From an uncultured Pseudomonadota bacterium (GTDB taxonomy: Bacteria > Bdellovibrionota_B > Oligoflexia > Oligoflexales > CAIMVM01): 64,000 bases of DNA. Under the pieces are notes generated by a model, which worked only from the letters and a program-made list of their open reading frames with translations, was not told the origin of the DNA and searched no databases. Shown here in pieces: positions 38,824 to 48,627 of the stretch; within the stretch, counting starts at the first letter, position 1; each line of letters starts with the position of its first letter. The DNA lies in NCBI GenBank assembly GCA_903844895.1, contig CAIMVM010000153.1, forward strand, positions 1,226 to 65,225. Direction: 5' to 3'. The position numbers and the translations under genes were made by a program.

Positions 38824-41091
38824 TTAAGGTGCTAGGACCACAACCCATTCTAAGTTGCTCGTTTGTGCAAACATATCAAAACCAAAAATCTGTTTAACCT
38901 TAAAGCCACCACTCGTCAAATCAACTAAATCCCGGGCTAAGGTGTCAACTTCGCAAGAAACGTAGATCAAAGTGCAATGACGTTCAGTGGGTAGGTTTGC
39001 CAGTGTTTTTCTAGTGATCTCAGCCATCCCCCGCCTAGATGGATTCGCAACAACGAAATTTGGTGATTTTGACCATTTAGGAAGATCCCACTGAGAATCT
39101 TCCACACGTCCCTCTATAAATTCCACTTGCAGGCCATTACGTGCCGCATTGGCACGAGCGTCTATGATGGCTTCAGGAACTTCTTCGATGCCCAATGTTC
39201 GGTAGCCAGCCCTTGCTAACAATAGTGCAATTTGGCCACATCCAGAGTAGAGATCCCAAGCCACAGAATCATTTGAAGGCGTTCCCGCATAACGTTCAAT
39301 AGTGCGGTACATATTCTCAGCTTGCCAAGGGTTAACCTGAAAAAAGGATAGCGGGCTAACTTCAAACTTTAAGTCACAAAGAGATTCAGAAAGCGAATCA
39401 GCTCCTCCAATATGGATCGTCTGTTTGCCAAAAATGACATTTCCAGGCTCGGCATTAATATTAAAATGTAAACTTGCAAATTTTTCTTCATTTTTTCGCA
39501 GAAATTGATGAATTTTTCGCGCTAATGGTTCGTCGTGAGCAGTAACAACCAATGTTATCATGAGCTCACCGCTAAAGTGTGATGATCTTATCGCTATGTA
39601 GCGTAGCCAACCAGTTCCATCGGCCTCATCGTAGGGCGAAATATCAAGAGTTGTGATCAGATCCCTAAATTTTCTTACAAAGTGATTGATATTACCTGTT
39701 TGTACTGGGCATCTCTCTAAATTCACCACCTGATGGGTGCCAGGTTGGAAAAGTCCAATATCGACGCCACCATCAGCATTGCGCCTCACGGCTAGCTTTA
39801 CATGACTTCGGTATCCGAGTGGTTTAGAAGAGGGCACTACAGCATGTACCTTCGCTGTTGCCGTAAAAGCTGATAATTTAGCTAAACCAGATTCATACTT
39901 GGTTTGAAGTGAAGACTCATAGGGAAGGTTAATCAAACTACAAGAGCCGCACTCCTTCTTAATCTTACAAGTCTCTTCTAGTGCGCCTTTTCTTAGGACT
40001 TGAGATCTGTCGACAAATGCAGATGGAGACTGTAACCTTTCTTTCGCAAAAGCCGTTCCCGGGCGCGCGTTTTGGGATTTCGTGCGCGGCTGGTCGGCGT
40101 ACGAGGACTCTCGGCCCTTTTCTCCTCTGCTTTTTGGATTTGATTCCTTCGGTCTCGAAGGGGCGCCTTCTCTTTTTCGGTCATAAGTACTTTTAAAGCC
40201 ATTTCTAGGGGCATTTCGGCTCTCCCCCTTAGAATCAGTTTCTCTGGGGTTTACAAAATTTTGACGAAAACTGCCTTCATCTTTGAATTTAGCATCTCTC
40301 GCGAAAGGCTTTCTCTTAGGCCCTTCAGCGGGAGCTCGGTAGTCAGCTATTGCTTTTCTTCGATGAGTTGAAGGGCGCTTATCTTGATCTGAAAAACCCG
40401 CGTTTCCAAAACGATGATCACCGCGGTCGTCTAAAGGCTGCCTAGGCTTGCTGTCTTCTTTAAACTTCTTGGTTGGCACATATGGTCTTATGGATTCCAT
40501 TTTATGATCTTCTCGCTTGCGCGGCGTGGGAGCGGAACCTCTTCTTTGACTTGGAGCTTCGTCTCTCTCGCCTCTTGGCTTACGGTTATCTCGAGGTCTA
40601 TCACCATAAAATGAGGGTTTTGAATCCTTTTCCTTTTGAGCTTCGCGAGGCCGCCAAGACGAAGGGGTCTCGCCACGGCTTCTTGAGCTATCTCTAGGTC
40701 CGTCTGGAGCAGTCTTGTTAAATGATGATCTGGAGCGTTCACCATGCATAGAAGACTTTTCTTTAGATCCCCAATCCCTAGAGTTAGGTTTAGAGTCGAA
40801 CCTAGAACTCTGTGTCTGCCTTCTTATTCCCTCAGGTCTCTGATCATGTGTGGATGTCCTCTTCTCGCCATAAGCACTAGGTCTTCGAGAAGGTGGAGAG
40901 TTTCGGGTGTCAGGCGACGAGCTTCGTCTTCTAAATTCGCCCTCTGATTTGGAATGATCAACGGAATCCCTCTTTGTTGGTGAGCGGGCATTTTTGCGAT
41001 TTTCTATGTCTTCATCTTCCCCATGAGAAGAATTAGAGTTCGATCGATTTCTAGGCGAATGCCGTCCCTTGGGCGTCTTGTCTGCCGTCAT
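38824..41091 (-). CDS. 23S rRNA (uracil-5-)-methyltransferase RlmD/RumA-like with a ~365-aa Arg/Ser/Pro-rich N-terminal extension
   Basis: The C-terminal half has the Fe-S cysteines (CKIKKECGSCS...RCP), a SAM fold (DLYSGCGQI) and a catalytic region (YVSCEVDTLARD). The N-terminal half is low-complexity and basic. Confidence 0.8.
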   Translation of the reverse strand: MTADKTPKGRHSPRNRSNSNSSHGEDEDIENRKNARSPTKRDSVDHSKSEGEFRRRSSSPDTRNSPPSRRPSAYGEKRTSTHDQRPEGIRRQTQSSRFDSKPNSRDWGSKEKSSMHGERSRSSFNKTAPDGPRDSSRSRGETPSSWRPREAQKEKDSKPSFYGDRPRDNRKPRGERDEAPSQRRGSAPTPRKREDHKMESIRPYVPTKKFKEDSKPRQPLDDRGDHRFGNAGFSDQDKRPSTHRRKAIADYRAPAEGPKRKPFARDAKFKDEGSFRQNFVNPRETDSKGESRNAPRNGFKSTYDRKREGAPSRPKESNPKSRGEKGRESSYADQPRTKSQNARPGTAFAKERLQSPSAFVDRSQVLRKGALEETCKIKKECGSCSLINLPYESSLQTKYESGLAKLSAFTATAKVHAVVPSSKPLGYRSHVKLAVRRNADGGVDIGLFQPGTHQVVNLERCPVQTGNINHFVRKFRDLITTLDISPYDEADGTGWLRYIAIRSSHFSGELMITLVVTAHDEPLARKIHQFLRKNEEKFASLHFNINAEPGNVIFGKQTIHIGGADSLSESLCDLKFEVSPLSFFQVNPWQAENMYRTIERYAGTPSNDSVAWDLYSGCGQIALLLARAGYRTLGIEEVPEAIIDARANAARNGLQVEFIEGRVEDSQWDLPKWSKSPNFVVANPSRRGMAEITRKTLANLPTERHCTLIYVSCEVDTLARDLVDLTSGGFKVKQIFGFDMFAQTSNLEWVVVLAP

Positions 41092-41126
41092 GTTTCATTC
41101 CAAACTTTTCAAAGAGGATAGGTCGC

Positions 41127-42215
41127 CTAGAACAGCTCTTGAACAACCAGCGGGATGTCTCTAACATTTTTAAATGCCCTGCGGAAGACTTTTACGCCTA
41201 AGAGGGTTGAGTCACGTTCCCAATATTTCCATTCTTCAGTTAAGGGTCTGATTATATAAGGAGAATTAGCGCTTTTAGAACCTTTGGAAAACATATAACC
41301 ATTAAATAGGTACGTGGATGCGTGTTTGATCCTTCTAAAATCAAAAGGAGCATCCTCTCGATGCTTATCTAATTCAGAAAAAACCAGAATATCTCCATAC
41401 TTAAGTTCAGACTTCCCCGGATTTACCTCATAAAATGCGTTTTGAAGAGCTGTCCAAAGCTCATCATGATTGATCATCGCTGCGTCGTAGCCCTCCTCTC
41501 TTTTGGCATTTACAAAGGGAAGCTTAGAGAACTTTTCGCCTTGGAAAGACAGCGCAGCATGAAAGCAATTAGGGCCTTTTACAATATTGAACTGTCCGAC
41601 ATTTCTTTTGGCAAAGTCGGGCAGCAAGTTCTGGTCCACATTTATGGACTTACCCTCTTTGACCATTTCCTTTAGAGCAAGCCTCTTTTTGGTACTTAGA
41701 TATCCGTCCGTCTGTTGGATAAGATTATAAATAGCTGTAGCAGAGGCTTCCGACTTAGGGGGCAGAATGGCCAGTTGATAGTGTCTCGTAGCAAAATACG
41801 CGAGGACTTTATTGGAATCAATAAGTGGAAGTACATCTTTACTGACTTCCGCAGTGTAGCGCTTGGTTTCTGGGTCGAGAACGATTTTTTCTACCACTTT
41901 CTGCATAAGTTTAGCTTCTGCGCCTTTTAAGGCTATCTTGAAGATCCGAGGCCCGACATTCTTAAGGTTATTTTCTGGAAAAAATAAGGCAACTTTCTCT
42001 ACGGTCTGATCTTTTGGACTCATATAGATGCGCATGAGGATTTGATCCCAAGTCGGCTTGATTAATTGAAGATTGGTATCTATGGCTACGTTAAGTGAGG
42101 AATGAAGCTCCGTTTGTTTGAGAGTCCAAGGAATAATCGGACGATCGACTACTACCCCTAAGGAAGTCGATTGATAGAGAAAAATGCCGAAGAGTATCTT
42201 TCGAATCATGGTCAC
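41127..42215 (-). CDS. secreted hypothetical protein with a possible papain-like Cys/His C-terminal domain
   Basis: It has a signal peptide. GPNCFHAAL and IKHASTYLFNGYMFSKG resemble the Cys and His boxes of NlpC/P60-type enzymes, but the similarity is weak. Confidence 0.45.
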   Translation of the reverse strand: MTMIRKILFGIFLYQSTSLGVVVDRPIIPWTLKQTELHSSLNVAIDTNLQLIKPTWDQILMRIYMSPKDQTVEKVALFFPENNLKNVGPRIFKIALKGAEAKLMQKVVEKIVLDPETKRYTAEVSKDVLPLIDSNKVLAYFATRHYQLAILPPKSEASATAIYNLIQQTDGYLSTKKRLALKEMVKEGKSINVDQNLLPDFAKRNVGQFNIVKGPNCFHAALSFQGEKFSKLPFVNAKREEGYDAAMINHDELWTALQNAFYEVNPGKSELKYGDILVFSELDKHREDAPFDFRRIKHASTYLFNGYMFSKGSKSANSPYIIRPLTEEWKYWERDSTLLGVKVFRRAFKNVRDIPLVVQELF

Positions 42216-42338
42216 CTCACATATTCATTCGGTCGGTGAGCACTTAAGCCTAGAGGTAAAATATGCCTAGGTGCCGCCCCTTCTTGAACAGCATCATTAG
42301 CGTTAGAATTAAATGGATTGATTTAAGGAGATGAAGCT

Positions 42339-43076
42339 ATGACTACAGTATTGATCGTGGACACGAACAAATCAAGTGTTGTAATGACTTCTGAGGCCTT
42401 TAAAGACAAGGTTCCTGGCATCACAGTGGTGTTAGCAGCAAATGGAAAAGATGCTTTAGAGATGCTCCCAAAAACGAAGCCAGATATAATTGTAACAGAT
42501 TTCGACTTGCCAGATGCCGATGGAATTACGCTTACTAAGCTTATGCGCAAGAGTTTTTCAGGCCCCATATTAATTACAGCTCTTCCTGATGCCATTGCTA
42601 GTGACGCGATAAAAAATGAACTTCACTGCTATAATGATTCTTGCGCTTGGCTTCCTAAGCCCGTGCGGTTGGATGTGATTGCAGAAAAAATAGAAATGTT
42701 CCTGGTGAAAAACCGACGCATAAACAAGCGCTACAAATCAAGTCTTGCAGCAACGCTTATAGGAAAAGGTGAAGGTAGAGGGAAACGAGCTCCCAAGATT
42801 GTGGGAAAAATGATCAATCTCGGGGTCGGTGGAGCCATGTTTGAAAGTAAGACCGTATTTAAAGCTAACAAAGGAGACGAATTCTCTTTTGCGCTTGACC
42901 TCAATCGCCCCAGCAACCGACTTGATGCTTCCATTAAACTTAAAGCCACTGTTCAATGGCAGACGAAAATGCGATTAGGATTAAAATTTGTAGGTCTGAC
43001 AGAGCAGCAAAGAAAGTATTTTGAAGACTTTCTTAAGGATGCCAAAGAGGAAAAAGACCAATATTCGGCAAAGTAG
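42339..43076 (+). CDS. response-regulator receiver domain fused to a PilZ domain
   Basis: The REC domain shows IVDTN, VTDFDLPDADG and LPKP. The PilZ domain shows RRINKRY and INLGVGGAMF. Confidence 0.75.
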   Translation: MTTVLIVDTNKSSVVMTSEAFKDKVPGITVVLAANGKDALEMLPKTKPDIIVTDFDLPDADGITLTKLMRKSFSGPILITALPDAIASDAIKNELHCYNDSCAWLPKPVRLDVIAEKIEMFLVKNRRINKRYKSSLAATLIGKGEGRGKRAPKIVGKMINLGVGGAMFESKTVFKANKGDEFSFALDLNRPSNRLDASIKLKATVQWQTKMRLGLKFVGLTEQQRKYFEDFLKDAKEEKDQYSAK

Positions 43077-43183
43077 TTGGCGCTAAGTATCTATAAACTA
43101 TACTTTTATTTAAATTATTTTGGACCTTTACTTCATAACTCCCAGGATTCTTCCGAAAGCTCTGGGGCAGGAGGTAGGCCAAC

Positions 43184-44194
43184 ATGTTTGATCGCATCAA
43201 AATGGGCGAAAACATTTTTGAACTCATAGAGTTTGCTTTAGCACGCCATCTTAAAGATGGATCGACCATTGTGGGCCGCTATGGGGTTAACGTCGCGAAA
43301 GTCAGAGAAGTGGTGAGAATGCCTAAAATCAATCCCTTGGCATCAGGTATTCCAGGAGTAGCTGGTGTTTTTGAGCTAAGAGGAGTTCCGATTCCTGCCA
43401 TTCATTTGAGTCAAATGTTGGGAGATAAAAGCGCAATTATAAAGCCTACCGATCAAATTATCGTGGTAGAATTTTCCAGGCGAAGGGCCGGGTTTATTGT
43501 TGATCGAACGGAAAAAATTAGACGCATTTCTTGGGACCACGTATTGCCTGTTGGCGCTGAAAAAGCGGCAAATATTAGTGGAATGACATTGCTTGAAGAC
43601 AATGAATTTCTATTCATTGTCGACTTAGAAAGGATTGTACAATTCATTGAAAGTACCGTTGAGGGTGGCGGTGAAATAAAGCAGCCCATCGCATCATCGC
43701 CTTACCTGAATCCTCCGCCGACTTTTGCAAATGCGGGTGCGAAAACTTCGAGCGACTCAGAAGGACAGGCATCTAAAGTGGGAATTCTACTAATTGATGA
43801 CTCCAAGTTCATTTTAGACCATGTCGGTCCTTTGCTTGAACGAGCTGGGTTTCGCGTGATTACTGCTCGTGATGGCGCAGAAGGTAAAGCCATACTAGGC
43901 GAATTTGCTGATGGAAATTCCAAAGTTGGGCCCATTGATGTTGTCGTAACCGACGTAGAAATGCCCAAAATGGATGGGTTGACTTTGACCAAATGGGTCA
44001 AAGAGCATGAGCGCCTCTCTGTATTGCCTGTAATCATACATTCGTCTCTTTCTAGTAAAGCTAATATCGAAGCAGGTCTAAAGCTTGGTATTAATGGATA
44101 TGTTGTTAAAAATGACGTCAGAAAGCTCAGCGATTTGATATCCGAGATTCTAGGTAAAGACTTCAAGACCGGACAATTCTTTAATGCCTCTTGA
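43184..44194 (+). CDS. cheV: chemotaxis protein CheV (CheW-like domain plus REC)
   Basis: It has an N-terminal CheW-like domain (YGVNVAKVREV...GVFELRG.PIP) and a C-terminal REC domain (LLIDDS...VTDVEMPKMDG). Confidence 0.8.
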   Translation: MFDRIKMGENIFELIEFALARHLKDGSTIVGRYGVNVAKVREVVRMPKINPLASGIPGVAGVFELRGVPIPAIHLSQMLGDKSAIIKPTDQIIVVEFSRRRAGFIVDRTEKIRRISWDHVLPVGAEKAANISGMTLLEDNEFLFIVDLERIVQFIESTVEGGGEIKQPIASSPYLNPPPTFANAGAKTSSDSEGQASKVGILLIDDSKFILDHVGPLLERAGFRVITARDGAEGKAILGEFADGNSKVGPIDVVVTDVEMPKMDGLTLTKWVKEHERLSVLPVIIHSSLSSKANIEAGLKLGINGYVVKNDVRKLSDLISEILGKDFKTGQFFNAS

Positions 44195-44801
44195 GTCTAG
44201 AACTTTAAGCGTAGCAACGTTTAAGAGTTTCGTTTTTGTGATTCTAATGGCTCAAATATATAGCCATATTGGTGGATCAGGAAATCCGATAGTGGTCGCA
44301 TTCTTGGCAAATAGTTTGCTTGCGTTATGCGTTCTATTGTATTTCTCAAGCTATGGGTCCCCGTTTGCTTTTCTCCCCCAAAGAAAGACCTGGCTTTTTG
44401 TGCCGCTGTTTTTTTTGTTAGGAACCTTAATTCTTGGCCTGCTGAGCTCAGAAAAGGTCCAAATCCCAGACCTTAGGGCGTTTTTACTTCCTGTCGTGTT
44501 AGTGCCTATCATGGAAGAGATCATCTTTCGAATGGGTCTATGGTCTTTTCTTGGGCGGGTTCCTTCAGGGGCTAAACTCTATCTAACAGCAGCAAGTTTT
44601 GCGTGCTTGCATACAAACGGCAGCCAGATTCCCTTAGGGCCATTTTTGCTGGGACTGATGTCTCAGTGGATGCTCCTACAAGGCGCAGGCTTAATGACAG
44701 TGATTTTACTTCATATGGCATCTAATGCCACGATTGTGATATTCTTGACTCTGGATCCTAGATGGCTAGATTGGTTACGGATTTTCTATATCAACAATTA
44801 A
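44184..44801 (+). CDS. CPBP family intramembrane glutamic endopeptidase
   Basis: It is a multi-TM protein with EEIIFRMG, FACLH and HMASN motifs. Confidence 0.7.
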   Translation: MPLESRTLSVATFKSFVFVILMAQIYSHIGGSGNPIVVAFLANSLLALCVLLYFSSYGSPFAFLPQRKTWLFVPLFFLLGTLILGLLSSEKVQIPDLRAFLLPVVLVPIMEEIIFRMGLWSFLGRVPSGAKLYLTAASFACLHTNGSQIPLGPFLLGLMSQWMLLQGAGLMTVILLHMASNATIVIFLTLDPRWLDWLRIFYINN

Positions 44802-44819
44802 AGTAGTAGTAAACTTAGG

Positions 44820-45047
44820 ATGGAAGACGCTGCAAAAAAAGAAGAATTACAGAAGCAATTGATGCAGGTCATTTGTATATGCAAGGGAATTCCCTTGTCC
44901 AGAGTTTTAAGGGGCCTTGAAAATTCTAAAACTGTGCATGATGTGAATATGAAAACAGGATGCGGGAGTGGCGGCTGCAAGGGCGAACGATGTGGACCCC
45001 GTATAAAGATTTTATTGGCAAAGAAAAATAAAGAAAAACAAGAATAG
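44820..45047 (+). CDS. BFD-like [2Fe-2S]-binding domain protein
   Basis: 75 aa with the cysteine pattern ICICKGI...TGCGSGGC. Confidence 0.7.
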   Translation: MEDAAKKEELQKQLMQVICICKGIPLSRVLRGLENSKTVHDVNMKTGCGSGGCKGERCGPRIKILLAKKNKEKQE

Positions 45048-45071
45048 ATTTTAAGAATTTCGTTCTAAGCC

Positions 45072-45626
45072 TTAACTGTTTGTAGCCCAGTTAAAGCTGC
45101 TTAATTCGTCTAACTCTTCGACTAGTTGAAAAGCATTGGGGTGCAGCTCATATTTTCCGCTAGATACTTGAATTGCTCTGATCCCGACAGCTCGTGCCAA
45201 ATCGATATCAGAAGCTTTATCGCCTATAAGAAAGCTTCGTGAAAGATCAATGGAATCCACTTTCATAGCTTGCTCGATAAGACCTGTCTTAGGCTTGCGA
45301 CAGGAGCAGTCAACAGCATATTTAGCGATGACGCCATCGGGATGGTGGGGACAAACATAGAATCTATCTAATTGAACACCTGCAGCTGAAGACAACTCAG
45401 TCTGGATCTTTTGGTGAAATAAATGAACATCTTCTTCAGTGAAGAATCCACGCGCAACCCCCGACTGGTTGGTGACGACTATGAGCAGAAAATCTAAAGA
45501 TTTAAGTTTGCTGGCTAGAGTTGGAAATCCTGTGACAAATGAAAAATCTGATGGCTTATACACATACCCAAAGTCTTGATTGATAACCCCATCACGATCT
45601 AGAAATATTGCCTTTTTAGGTTTCAT
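45072..45626 (-). CDS. gmhB: D-glycero-beta-D-manno-heptose-1,7-bisphosphate 7-phosphatase
   Basis: It has the HAD-IIIA motifs FLDRDGVIN, VVTNQSG and GDKASD plus the zinc site CPHHP...CSCRKP. Confidence 0.85.
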   Translation of the reverse strand: MKPKKAIFLDRDGVINQDFGYVYKPSDFSFVTGFPTLASKLKSLDFLLIVVTNQSGVARGFFTEEDVHLFHQKIQTELSSAAGVQLDRFYVCPHHPDGVIAKYAVDCSCRKPKTGLIEQAMKVDSIDLSRSFLIGDKASDIDLARAVGIRAIQVSSGKYELHPNAFQLVEELDELSSFNWATNS

Positions 45627-45913
45627 AACTCTTTACCAAATTCATAGAGCCAAGTTCTATCCCTATCGTTCTTAGCATAATAGGCAAGGCCCCTTAAGAT
45701 CTCTCTTTGGACTTCAGGTATTTTATAGGTTTCGCTTCCCTCACGGGAAAGCAGCTCCAAATGATGAATACGTTCAAGAGTTTTAGTATAGACGTCCATG
45801 GGGACTAAAACTTCTAGGATTTTGTATCCAGAGTCATCATCGAATTCACTACGGGTGGCCGATAGAAAAATCTTCCCTTTTTCTTTCAATACGACCACAT
45901 ACCGCTGAATCAT
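45623..45913 (-). CDS. hypothetical protein
   Basis: 96-aa ORF translationally coupled to gmhB (4-nt overlap). Confidence 0.5.
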   Translation of the reverse strand: MIQRYVVVLKEKGKIFLSATRSEFDDDSGYKILEVLVPMDVYTKTLERIHHLELLSREGSETYKIPEVQREILRGLAYYAKNDRDRTWLYEFGKEL

Positions 45914-45989
45914 GAAAAGATCCTTATCTCAATAAAGTCAAAGCGTCCAAATAAGAGGCCTGCTTTTAACAGACCTATTCTTCTAAAAT

Positions 45990-46430
45990 CTAAACAGAAG
46001 GGCTTTTTTTCGATTTTTTAGCCGCTGGCTTTGGGGAAGGGGTTTCGTCTGCAAGGGGTTGGGCAACGACCTTTTCGGATTCCTTTTTTGCCATGGCAAG
46101 GGCAATAGGATTGTCTTCCAGATTCACTTTTTCCATGCCTTTGTGGACTTTATGGTAGATCTTTTTCCACAATTCCAAGTCTTTTCTGAGCCAAGAGTCG
46201 AATAGTTTGCGTGCAGGACGATTTACCAAGGCCTCATTTAAAAAGAATTTGGCAAACTCTTTTGGCTCTCCAGTATTTTGTAATGTGTGGACAAAGTTCG
46301 GAAGAATAATCAACTCTGATCCGCGAGCCCTTAGAACTAAGGCGCCTTGATAATCAATAATCTCTACTGGAGTCATAAATGTCCTTAATATATACAGTTG
46401 CTGTAGACTATGAAAATAGATAGGTTGCAT
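45990..46430 (-). CDS. hypothetical protein with a Lys/Ala/Pro-rich C-terminal tail
   Basis: ORF with the start set at ATG 46430. An alternative start is at 46376. I recognise no family. Confidence 0.45.
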   Translation of the reverse strand: MQPIYFHSLQQLYILRTFMTPVEIIDYQGALVLRARGSELIILPNFVHTLQNTGEPKEFAKFFLNEALVNRPARKLFDSWLRKDLELWKKIYHKVHKGMEKVNLEDNPIALAMAKKESEKVVAQPLADETPSPKPAAKKSKKSPSV

Positions 46431-46449
46431 GAATTCAGCAAGGAAAAAG

Positions 46450-47211
46450 CTACTTAGATACCCTAGATCTGCACTGCGCATCGTCGCCGGCAGTCATTCC
46501 TTCAGCCTCTAGAGCGGCGGCAGCGCGGTGTCTGGATCTAAATACGTCAAATGGATAGGTGGACTCAGGCAGGTGCGGGCTGTAACCCAAAAGTTTTTTT
46601 AGATAAAATCCCTTCAAATACTTTTGCATGTTTGCCCATGGGATGTCCATTGCCGGATCGATTTGAAGATGGGTGCAATCAATCAATAGATTCCATTTGG
46701 AGTGCCACTGCATAAGGTTGTTGGTCAGTTTAGACTTTAAAATTTTTATGTGTTCGGGCGTTTCAATGACAGATAGCGCGCGAAAACTTAACTCGACCGT
46801 ATGGGTTTGGAAATGGTTCTCAATGGAAATTTGAGAGCGAAAATCACTGACCTCGACCTGTTTTTGGTTCCTAATACCTAAAGAATTTTCTGCTTCCTCT
46901 CGCGATTCAAAGACTGAAAACGGGAGCTCAAGATGAGTCTTACCAAAACCCACGGCCTCTCTTAAAAAGAGTCCTTTAAGAAATTTAAACATGATGTTTA
47001 AAGCTCTTTGGGACTCTTCAGAAAGCGGCGTTGGGATATTAAGTAAGCTCATATCAATAAAAGCTTTGTAAGGAGAGTGCCAAGACTTGAGTGCTAAAGT
47101 CCACTGTCGTCTAAACTCAAGAACATCGTCCTTGGAAGAAAGAGTGCTCCCCTCCCCAAAACTTATATAAAGAATTTTCAATCGATAGTCAGACTCGAAA
47201 TTTATATTCAT
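46450..47211 (-). CDS. hypothetical protein
   Basis: 253-aa ORF that appears to be an internal two-fold repeat of ~120 aa. I recognise no family. Confidence 0.5.
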   Translation of the reverse strand: MNINFESDYRLKILYISFGEGSTLSSKDDVLEFRRQWTLALKSWHSPYKAFIDMSLLNIPTPLSEESQRALNIMFKFLKGLFLREAVGFGKTHLELPFSVFESREEAENSLGIRNQKQVEVSDFRSQISIENHFQTHTVELSFRALSVIETPEHIKILKSKLTNNLMQWHSKWNLLIDCTHLQIDPAMDIPWANMQKYLKGFYLKKLLGYSPHLPESTYPFDVFRSRHRAAAALEAEGMTAGDDAQCRSRVSK

Positions 47212-47212
47212 G

Positions 47213-48418
47213 TTACTTTTTTAGCTCGCTTTCAATGGCCTGCTTCAACTGGATGGCAGAAAATGCTCCGTTGTACTTCCGTCCATTGATAAATATGGCA
47301 GGTGTTCCTGTAACCCCTGCTTGGTCGCCTTGGGCAATGTCATCTTTAACCTTGGCTAGCACATCACTGGAAGCAAGACACTGATCCATTTGAGCTTCCG
47401 TAAGTCCTGCTCCTTTTCCCCATGCTTTTATATTGGCAAGGGAGATATTACTCTGTTCCGCAAATGCTTTGTCATGAAAAGCCCAAAAATTACCAAATTG
47501 CCCGGCGCAACGGCCCACGATGGCTGCCTGACAAGCAAACTTATGGAGGTCTCCCTTCATGGAAGCATTGCATGATTTATCTAGGGGATAATTCTTGAAT
47601 ACGAACAGGATTCTACTGCCAAATTCAGCAGTCACTTCCCGTAGGATGGGCTCAGCCCTGCCGCAAGCCGGACACTCAAAATCAGAAAATTCCGTAACGG
47701 TTACCTTTGCTTCATCGCCCCCTTTGCGGTAGTCCTCACCTAGCCCAGAAAAGGCAGATTTCGATACTACAATCGAATTGGTCTTGGCTCCCAAGATTTG
47801 ACTCTCTAGGGGGACCTCCGAGCCACTCTCAACGGCCGGATTATTTTTAGCTGAAGGCTTGAGGAAATTGTAGCCAACAAGCGCCATGGCTACAACCATA
47901 GCTGCGGTAGTCAAGCCATTGAATAACACCTTAATGGTAAGCTCCGGCTTTACATCAGGCTTCTTTTTGAGAGCCCAAAAGAGCTGCAAAAAAGTCAGAA
48001 TATAAACCCCAATACAACTTAAACAAAAGGCCCCAACGCCAAGCCAGGCAATTAAGCCTAAAACAACTGAAGAAACGGCGCCTATAACACTTAAGCCGTA
48101 GATCCCCGCGATTTGCTCGGATTTGTTCTTACCAGAAAATAGAGCTAACAACGCCAAAGCAGTAAGAGCTCCGAAAAATCCAACGCCTAACAAAGCAACA
48201 GGAAAGCCAAAGAGTTCACTGTATGAGGAACTTGATACGGCATCGCAAGAAAAGGTCTGATTGATATTACATATAGCACCGCTAGCGCCCGTTGCCTTAA
48301 CGGCCAAATGGTTATTTAAAGAATAGCCAGAAAGTCCGATGCCTAGCAGGCCGATGACCGTTGAAAACCCCAAAAGCTCGACTTCATGACGTTGTGATTC
48401 ACCTGCCTGTTGATTCAT
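47213..48418 (-). CDS. vitamin K epoxide reductase (VKOR) domain fused to a DsbA/thioredoxin-like domain
   Basis: The N-terminal 4-5 TM VKOR part has loop cysteines (CNINQTFSC) and CLSC. The C-terminal domain has the DFECPAC thioredoxin motif. Confidence 0.8.
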   Translation of the reverse strand: MNQQAGESQRHEVELLGFSTVIGLLGIGLSGYSLNNHLAVKATGASGAICNINQTFSCDAVSSSSYSELFGFPVALLGVGFFGALTALALLALFSGKNKSEQIAGIYGLSVIGAVSSVVLGLIAWLGVGAFCLSCIGVYILTFLQLFWALKKKPDVKPELTIKVLFNGLTTAAMVVAMALVGYNFLKPSAKNNPAVESGSEVPLESQILGAKTNSIVVSKSAFSGLGEDYRKGGDEAKVTVTEFSDFECPACGRAEPILREVTAEFGSRILFVFKNYPLDKSCNASMKGDLHKFACQAAIVGRCAGQFGNFWAFHDKAFAEQSNISLANIKAWGKGAGLTEAQMDQCLASSDVLAKVKDDIAQGDQAGVTGTPAIFINGRKYNGAFSAIQLKQAIESELKK

Positions 48419-48508
48419 AATTAAGTAAATCCCCTGTTAGATATCAAATTGGTACCGAATACTAATTTTAAAAGCCTCTGTGCCGCAACTGCCATTTTAA
48501 AAAAAATC

Positions 48509-48538
48509 TTGACAGGTCCCTCATTAATATTGGATAAG
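48509..48538 (+). promoter_or_regulatory. candidate sigma70 promoter for tRNA-Ala
   Basis: TTGACA (48509-48514), an 18-nt spacer and GATAAG (48533-48538), with an A/T tract upstream. The tRNA starts 14 nt after the -10 element. Confidence 0.4.
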
Positions 48539-48551
48539 CAAGCCTCGATTT

Positions 48552-48627
<76 letters not shown>

